From positions 113,801-177,800 of the forward strand of contig JBFWJS010000007.1 of assembly GCA_050253075.1 (NCBI GenBank): a stretch of 64,000 bases of DNA, read 5' to 3'. The notes below the pieces were generated by a model. That model was given only the letters and a program-made list of their open reading frames with translations. It did no database searches and was not told the DNA's origin. Each line of letters begins with the position of its first letter. The stretch's first letter is position 1. The position numbers were made by a program, and so were the translations under genes. Origin of the DNA: Deferribacterales bacterium. GTDB taxonomy: Bacteria; Chrysiogenota; Deferribacteres; Deferribacterales; Geovibrionaceae. Shown in pieces: positions 58,443 through 64,000 of this stretch.

Positions 58443-58596
58443 ACCGCCCGCATCTCATTCTTAAATTACTTTCAGTTTTATGAGAAAATATATCTTAAAA
58501 CTATCTACGCGCCTTGACTTGAGAACCTAAATCAACTAATATTTTCAAACGTATTTTTTTTGACAGTAAAGCTGTATCCATACGACGGAGGAATTA

Positions 58597-59916
58597 ATGG
58601 CTAAAAAGATAAACGTAGGACTTATCGGATACGGTACAGTAGGCAAAGGAACCGCTGAGGTACTTCTTAAGAACAAAACAACAATTTTTGAAAACACAGG
58701 GATCGATCTCCGCCTGAAAACGGTGGCAGATCTTACTATAGACACGTCAAACCTTGACGAACTGCTTAAAATGTGCGAAGTCGCGACGACCAACGCAGAC
58801 GACATTCTTAACGACCCGGAGATAGACATAGTTGTCGAGCTCATCGGCGGATACACCTTCGCCAAAGAGTTCATCATCAAGGCTCTGAACGCTAAGAAGC
58901 ATGTCGTATCCGCAAACAAGGCTCTCTTTGCTATGCACGGCACAGAGATATATCAGGCAGCCGAAGGGAACAACATGAGCGTACTCTTCGAAGGTGCTGT
59001 GGGCGGCGGTATCCCCGTGCTCAGAGTTCTGAAAGAAGACCTCGCAGGAAATAATATAAAAGAGATATTCGGCATCATAAACGGCACTGCGAACTACATA
59101 CTCTCTAAGATGGAAAAAGAGGGGAAGGAATTTGAAGAAGTGCTGAAAGTGGCTCAGGAGCTGGGCTATGCCGAAGCTGACCCTACATTCGACATCGAGG
59201 GTATCGACACTGCGCATAAGATAGCTATATTAGCTTCTATGGGCTTTAAAACCCTGATACCTTTTGAGAAGATTTACGTTGAAGGTATTACGAGCATAAA
59301 GCAGATAGATATCGAGTTCGCTAAAAAGCTCGACTGTAAGATAAAGCTCCTCGCCATTGCTAAAAAGCACGAGGACGACATAGAAGTGCGTGTTCATCCG
59401 ACAATGGTTCCTGATGTGGAGCTGATGGCTCAGGTGGACGGTGTCTTCAACGCTGTTGAGATCGTAGGCGACATGGCCGACAAGACCATGCACTACGGAC
59501 GCGGCGCAGGCGGAAAGCCCACCGGCTCAGCCGTTGCGGGCGATGTTATCGCCATAGCCAGAGACATAGCAGCAGGATGCGAAAAGCGCACACCTATACT
59601 CGGGTTTAAAAAGGACTACACATATTACTATCCTATCAAGGATATCAAAGATATCAAATCTGCCTTCTACCTTCGATTCAACGTAGTGGATGAGCCGGGA
59701 ACACTCGCTATGATAGCGGGCGTGCTTGCGAAATACGGCATAAGCATATCCGAGGCTATCCAGACAGACGATCGTGCGCCGGGAGAAGCGGTTAACATGG
59801 TCTTCATGACACATAAGACCATCGCCAGAAAGATATACGACGCACTTGACGAGATAGACAAGTCTGATGTCGTCAGAGACAAGACTGTGGCTATCCGTGT
59901 TAAGGAGCTGATATAA
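58597..59916 (+). CDS. hom: Homoserine dehydrogenase with ACT domain
   Basis: GYGTVG, ANKA, VGGGIP, NGTANYIL, GYAEADP..D.EG.D.AHK, GRGAG..PT; C-terminal DEPGTL. Confidence 0.97.
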   Translation: MAKKINVGLIGYGTVGKGTAEVLLKNKTTIFENTGIDLRLKTVADLTIDTSNLDELLKMCEVATTNADDILNDPEIDIVVELIGGYTFAKEFIIKALNAKKHVVSANKALFAMHGTEIYQAAEGNNMSVLFEGAVGGGIPVLRVLKEDLAGNNIKEIFGIINGTANYILSKMEKEGKEFEEVLKVAQELGYAEADPTFDIEGIDTAHKIAILASMGFKTLIPFEKIYVEGITSIKQIDIEFAKKLDCKIKLLAIAKKHEDDIEVRVHPTMVPDVELMAQVDGVFNAVEIVGDMADKTMHYGRGAGGKPTGSAVAGDVIAIARDIAAGCEKRTPILGFKKDYTYYYPIKDIKDIKSAFYLRFNVVDEPGTLAMIAGVLAKYGISISEAIQTDDRAPGEAVNMVFMTHKTIARKIYDALDEIDKSDVVRDKTVAIRVKELI

Positions 59917-61083
59917 ATGAAATATTTGGTATTGCTCACAGACGGGATGAGCGATCACAAGCTGGACGAACTGGGCGGTAAGACCATAATGCAGCACGCC
60001 GATACTCCTCATATGGATTATCTGGCTGCAAACGGCGTCGGCGGATTTATCAAATCCACCCCCGACGGATACTATCCGGGGAGCGATATATGCAACCTTT
60101 CCATAATGGGTTTCGACCCTACTAAATACTATTCCGGCAGAAGCCCTCTGGAGGCTGTCAGCGCAGGGATAGAGCTGAACGAAGGGGATGCATGCTTCAG
60201 ATGCAACCTTGTTACCTTTGACGGCGACATAATGGAGGACAACTCCGCACACCACATATCTAAAGAGGCAGCAGCAAAGGCTGTGGACAAGCTGAATGAG
60301 ATGTTCGGCGCAGAGGGGATAGAGTTCTATAAAGGGCTCGGATTCCGCAACCTTATGGTTCTGCGTGATGTGGCGGATTTACCCACAACTATGCAGCCGC
60401 ACGACATCATCGGGCAGGACAGCAAACCTCATCTGCCGACAGGCGCAGGCGCTGAAAAGCTCATAGACATCATGGAGCGTGCAAAGAGCATATTCGCAGA
60501 CGGCGGATATGAGAAAGCAAACGGAATATGGCTCTGGGGGGAAGGGCGCAAACCTTCCATGCCTCAGTTCAAAGAACTGTACGGGATGGACGGCTCTGTC
60601 GTCGCTGCCGTCGACCTCATCAGAGGTATCGGCAAGTTCAGCGGGATGGATGTTCTCACTGTTCCCGGTGCTACAGGCTTTATAGATACCAACTTCGAAG
60701 GTAAGGCGGAATACGCCGTTGAAGCCTTTGAAAAGACAGACTATGTTTTCCTCCATGTGGAAGCTGCCGACGAGGCAGGGCACATGGGCGTTATAGAGGA
60801 AAAGGTGAAGGCTGTGGAGAACATTGACAGCCGTATGCTCCCTATCATCATCGAAGGGATGAAGAAATACGGGGAATACCGCATACTTGTCACTCCTGAC
60901 CATCCGACACCCGTAAAACTCCGCACACATGTGCCGGAGCCTGTACCAGCAATAATTTTCGGCACAGGTGTGAACCCTGATGAGAATCAGACCTATGACG
61001 AATTTATGAAACCTACCTTCTTCATTGAAGAGGGATATAAAATAGCGGAATTTTTTCTGAGAAGCACCGTTATAAACGGTTAG
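59917..61083 (+). CDS. apgM: Cofactor-independent phosphoglycerate mutase, archaeal type (family also proposed as a homoserine kinase)
   Basis: DGMSD, PGSD, GRSPLEA, FRCNL, HVEAADEAGH, DHPTP, H..EPVP. Confidence 0.85.
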   Translation: MKYLVLLTDGMSDHKLDELGGKTIMQHADTPHMDYLAANGVGGFIKSTPDGYYPGSDICNLSIMGFDPTKYYSGRSPLEAVSAGIELNEGDACFRCNLVTFDGDIMEDNSAHHISKEAAAKAVDKLNEMFGAEGIEFYKGLGFRNLMVLRDVADLPTTMQPHDIIGQDSKPHLPTGAGAEKLIDIMERAKSIFADGGYEKANGIWLWGEGRKPSMPQFKELYGMDGSVVAAVDLIRGIGKFSGMDVLTVPGATGFIDTNFEGKAEYAVEAFEKTDYVFLHVEAADEAGHMGVIEEKVKAVENIDSRMLPIIIEGMKKYGEYRILVTPDHPTPVKLRTHVPEPVPAIIFGTGVNPDENQTYDEFMKPTFFIEEGYKIAEFFLRSTVING

Positions 61084-61101
61084 CCACACAAGGAGGGACC
61101 T

Positions 61102-62316
61102 GTGGGCATTGTAGTAATGAAGTTTGGAGGAACCAGTGTCGGTTCTCTCGAACGTATCAGAAATGTAGCGGAGATCATCGCTAAAAAGAAGGATGAAGGG
61201 CACGACGTTGTAGTTACTGTTTCTGCAATGGCAGGGGAGACAGACAGACTTATCAACCTTCTGAAAGAGATTGACGAGGATTTCAGCCCTCGCGAGTACG
61301 ATCAGCTCGTACACACAGGAGAGACAGCAAGCTCTCCGCTGGTAGCTCAGACACTTATTTCTATGGGCTATCCTGCCGTATCCCTTACAGGATACCAGTT
61401 TGGTATGATCACAGACGGTTCATACTCTAAAAGCCGTATCCTTGATATCAAACCCGACAGGATCTTCAAAGAACTGAAAGAAGGCAAGATATGCATCTGT
61501 GCCGGCTTCCAGGGACTCGACCCTGACACGGACGATATCAACACACTCGGAAGAGGCGGTTCAGATACCACAGCCGTAGCTATTGCTGCTGCGCTGAAAG
61601 CAAGCGTTTGTGAGATTTACACAGACGTAGACGGTATCTATACGGCTGACCCCAGAGTTGTTAAAAACGCTAAAAAACTTGATAAAATATCCTATGACGA
61701 AATGCTCGAACTCGCTTCACTGGGCGCAAAGGTGCTCCAGTCTAGATGTGTAGAGCTTGGAATGAATCACGACGTAGATATTCTTGTACTCTCCTCTATG
61801 GAGGACAAACCGGGTACACTTGTCACAAAGGAGGACGCAGATATGGAGCAGGTTGTAGTAACAGGTGTTGTTTCTGATAAAAATCAGGCTAAGATCACTA
61901 TCACATCAGTGCCTGATAAACCGGGAATCGCATCAACTATTTTTAATAAAATCGCATCAGAAAATATAAACGTGGATGTTATCGTTCAGAACGTGAGCAA
62001 AGACGGCAACACAGATATGTCTTTCACAGTTCAGAAGACTGATATCATCAGAGCTAAAGATGTTTGCAGCAAAGTTGCAGCAGAGATCGGCGCCAAGGAG
62101 GTTTTGGCAGATGAGAATATCGCCAAAGTTAGTATTGTGGGCGTCGGTATGAGAAGCCACGCAGGTGTAGCAGCGAAGATGTTCACACTGCTGGCTGAAG
62201 CAGGCGTCAATATAGCAATGATAACAACCAGTGAGATAAAAGTTTCCTGTGTAGTAGCAGAAAAATACTCAGAGCTCGCAGTCAGAACTCTGCACGAGGC
62301 TTTTGTCGAGGCTTAA
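61102..62316 (+). CDS. lysC: Aspartate kinase
   Basis: [37 protein letters not shown], two ACT domains. Confidence 0.96.
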   Translation: MGIVVMKFGGTSVGSLERIRNVAEIIAKKKDEGHDVVVTVSAMAGETDRLINLLKEIDEDFSPREYDQLVHTGETASSPLVAQTLISMGYPAVSLTGYQFGMITDGSYSKSRILDIKPDRIFKELKEGKICICAGFQGLDPDTDDINTLGRGGSDTTAVAIAAALKASVCEIYTDVDGIYTADPRVVKNAKKLDKISYDEMLELASLGAKVLQSRCVELGMNHDVDILVLSSMEDKPGTLVTKEDADMEQVVVTGVVSDKNQAKITITSVPDKPGIASTIFNKIASENINVDVIVQNVSKDGNTDMSFTVQKTDIIRAKDVCSKVAAEIGAKEVLADENIAKVSIVGVGMRSHAGVAAKMFTLLAEAGVNIAMITTSEIKVSCVVAEKYSELAVRTLHEAFVEA

Positions 62317-62331
62317 TTTTCGGAGAGTAAT

Positions 62332-63915
62332 ATGTCAAAAAGAGTGGAAATATACGACACCACGCTGAGGGACGGAACTCAGTCGGAGGACGTAAATTTT
62401 ACCATTGAAGATAAGGTCAAGATCGCTGAAGCGCTTTATGACTTTGGCGTGAGATATATCGAAGGCGGATGGCCCGGGTCTAACCCGAGAGACATCGGCT
62501 TTTTCAAAGCTGTTAAGGCTTCGTCCGTACCGGATGACAACATAGCAGCTTTCGGAAGCACAAGACGTGCGAAAAGAACATGCGACAACGACGAGAACAT
62601 TCAGGCTCTGCTTGAGGTCGAAGTTCCTAACCTTACCATCTTTGGTAAAACATGGGATCTGCATGTCACAGAGGCTCTTAAAATAGAGCTGGAGCACAAC
62701 CTTGAGCTGATCAACGACTCTGTTGCCTACCTTAAAACCAAGGTGGACAGAGCGTTCTATGATGCGGAGCACTTCTTTGACGGGTATAAGGCGAACAAAG
62801 ACTACGCCGTACAAACCATCAAAGCGGCTATGGATGCGAAAGCAGACTGCATCATCCTTTGCGATACTAACGGCGGAACAATGCCTGAGGAGATCGCACA
62901 GATCATCACCGAGCTGAAAGAGGTCACAGGCGACTATCCGCTCGGAATACACTGTCACAACGACGGCGACTGTGCCGTTGCTAACTCTGTGGTTGCGGTG
63001 CGTAACGGCATCGTGCATGTGCAGGGTACAGTGAACGGATACGGCGAGAGATGCGGTAACGCAAACATCATGTCCGTCATCCCTAACCTTCAGCTGAAAT
63101 ACGGCTATGACTGTGTTCCCGCTGAAAAACTTAAAAATCTCAGAACTGTTTCCAGATATATTAACGAGCTCGGAAACCTGAAACACAACATCCATCAGCC
63201 ATATGTCGGACGCTCTGCGTTCGCTCATAAGGGCGGGGTGCACGTAAGCGCTATTATGAAGAACTCCAGCACATACGAGCACATTCAGCCCGAACTGGTG
63301 GGTAACAGACAGAGAGTCCTTCTCTCTGACCTTTCAGGAAAGTCTAACCTTATATACAAGGCGAAAGACTTCGGTCTCGATGTGGACAGCTCAGATCCTA
63401 AGATCAATGCTGTCGTTGAGCGTCTGAAAGAGCTTGAAAACAAAGGGTTCCAGTATGAAGGTGCCGAGGCTTCCTTTGAGCTCCTTATGCGTAAGACAAT
63501 GGGAACGTTCACACCTTTCTTCGACTCTGTGAGCTATCGTGTGCTCGACGAGAAGAGGACAAGCGTGGACAACCCAATGGCAGAAGCAACCGTTATGATT
63601 GAGGTGGACGGAGTGCAGGAGCACACCGCAGCCGAGGGTAACGGCCCTGTAAACGCCATAGACAACGCTATCAGAAAGGCTCTCGTAAACTTTTATCCTA
63701 ATCTTAAAGACATGGAGCTCGTGGACTATAAAGTGCGCATCCTGACAACAGGAACAGGTACAGAAGCAGTCACAAGGGTTCTCATCGAATCAAAAGATTC
63801 AGACTCTGCATGGGGTACTGTGGGCGTAGCCACAAACATCGTGGATGCCTCTTATCAGGCTCTGATGGACTCGATAGAGTATAAACTTTTGAAAGATAAA
63901 GAGAAAGAAGACTAA
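62332..63915 (+). CDS. cimA: Citramalate synthase
   Basis: [50 protein letters not shown]. Confidence 0.92.
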   Translation: MSKRVEIYDTTLRDGTQSEDVNFTIEDKVKIAEALYDFGVRYIEGGWPGSNPRDIGFFKAVKASSVPDDNIAAFGSTRRAKRTCDNDENIQALLEVEVPNLTIFGKTWDLHVTEALKIELEHNLELINDSVAYLKTKVDRAFYDAEHFFDGYKANKDYAVQTIKAAMDAKADCIILCDTNGGTMPEEIAQIITELKEVTGDYPLGIHCHNDGDCAVANSVVAVRNGIVHVQGTVNGYGERCGNANIMSVIPNLQLKYGYDCVPAEKLKNLRTVSRYINELGNLKHNIHQPYVGRSAFAHKGGVHVSAIMKNSSTYEHIQPELVGNRQRVLLSDLSGKSNLIYKAKDFGLDVDSSDPKINAVVERLKELENKGFQYEGAEASFELLMRKTMGTFTPFFDSVSYRVLDEKRTSVDNPMAEATVMIEVDGVQEHTAAEGNGPVNAIDNAIRKALVNFYPNLKDMELVDYKVRILTTGTGTEAVTRVLIESKDSDSAWGTVGVATNIVDASYQALMDSIEYKLLKDKEKED

Positions 63916-63921
63916 ATTTCT

Positions 63922-63950
63922 AAGCCGCTCTTTTCAGGGCGGCTTTTTTT
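63922..63950 (+). terminator. Intrinsic terminator after cimA
   Basis: AAGCCGCTCT-tttc-AGGGCGGCTTTTTTT. Confidence 0.88.
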
Positions 63951-64000
63951 ATCTCTTGACAAGGTTTTGTTAACTACTATAATTGATAGTAGATGATGTA

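Noticed and set aside
60379..61314. Long antisense ORFs (also 62335-63282, 34255-35145, 8697-9617 and others)
   Set aside because: They lie opposite well-supported genes and have no recognisable motifs; they are codon-bias shadows.

Overview
A gene-dense, mostly housekeeping bacterial chromosome segment. Gene content and protein style suggest a flagellated anaerobe of the Deferribacterales (Denitrovibrio-like); this is an inference, not a database result. I saw no rRNA, tRNA, CRISPR array, transposase or prophage. Main blocks in order: nfo/kinase/RNase Z-like/esterase/proC; an 11-kb minus-strand proline and hydroxyproline catabolic cluster (XRE-cupin regulator, proline dehydrogenase, P5C dehydrogenase, LIV-type ABC transporter, glycyl-radical activase, HypD); leuB; lptFG; a NIT-plus-CZB chemoreceptor; sigma28-driven fliD-fliS plus two small genes; ihfB; murJ-dtd-tsaB-rimI; metK-ahcY; plsC-folK; hisS-aspS; panBCD behind a pan-motif-like RNA leader; cheW-recG; carB-pyrK-pyrD; a hybrid histidine kinase; hom-apgM-lysC-cimA. 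The strongest leads are: (1) the HypD cluster wired for oxidation to glutamate, whose activase has no canonical start codon; (2) a 2 x 123-bp tandem of a multi-hairpin, GGA-rich non-coding unit between panD and cheW; (3) a stand-alone flagellin-C-terminus-like protein overlapping fliS; (4) a pan leader with an explicit SD-sequestering alternative fold; (5) a lipoamide-dehydrogenase-like protein lacking its redox disulfide.
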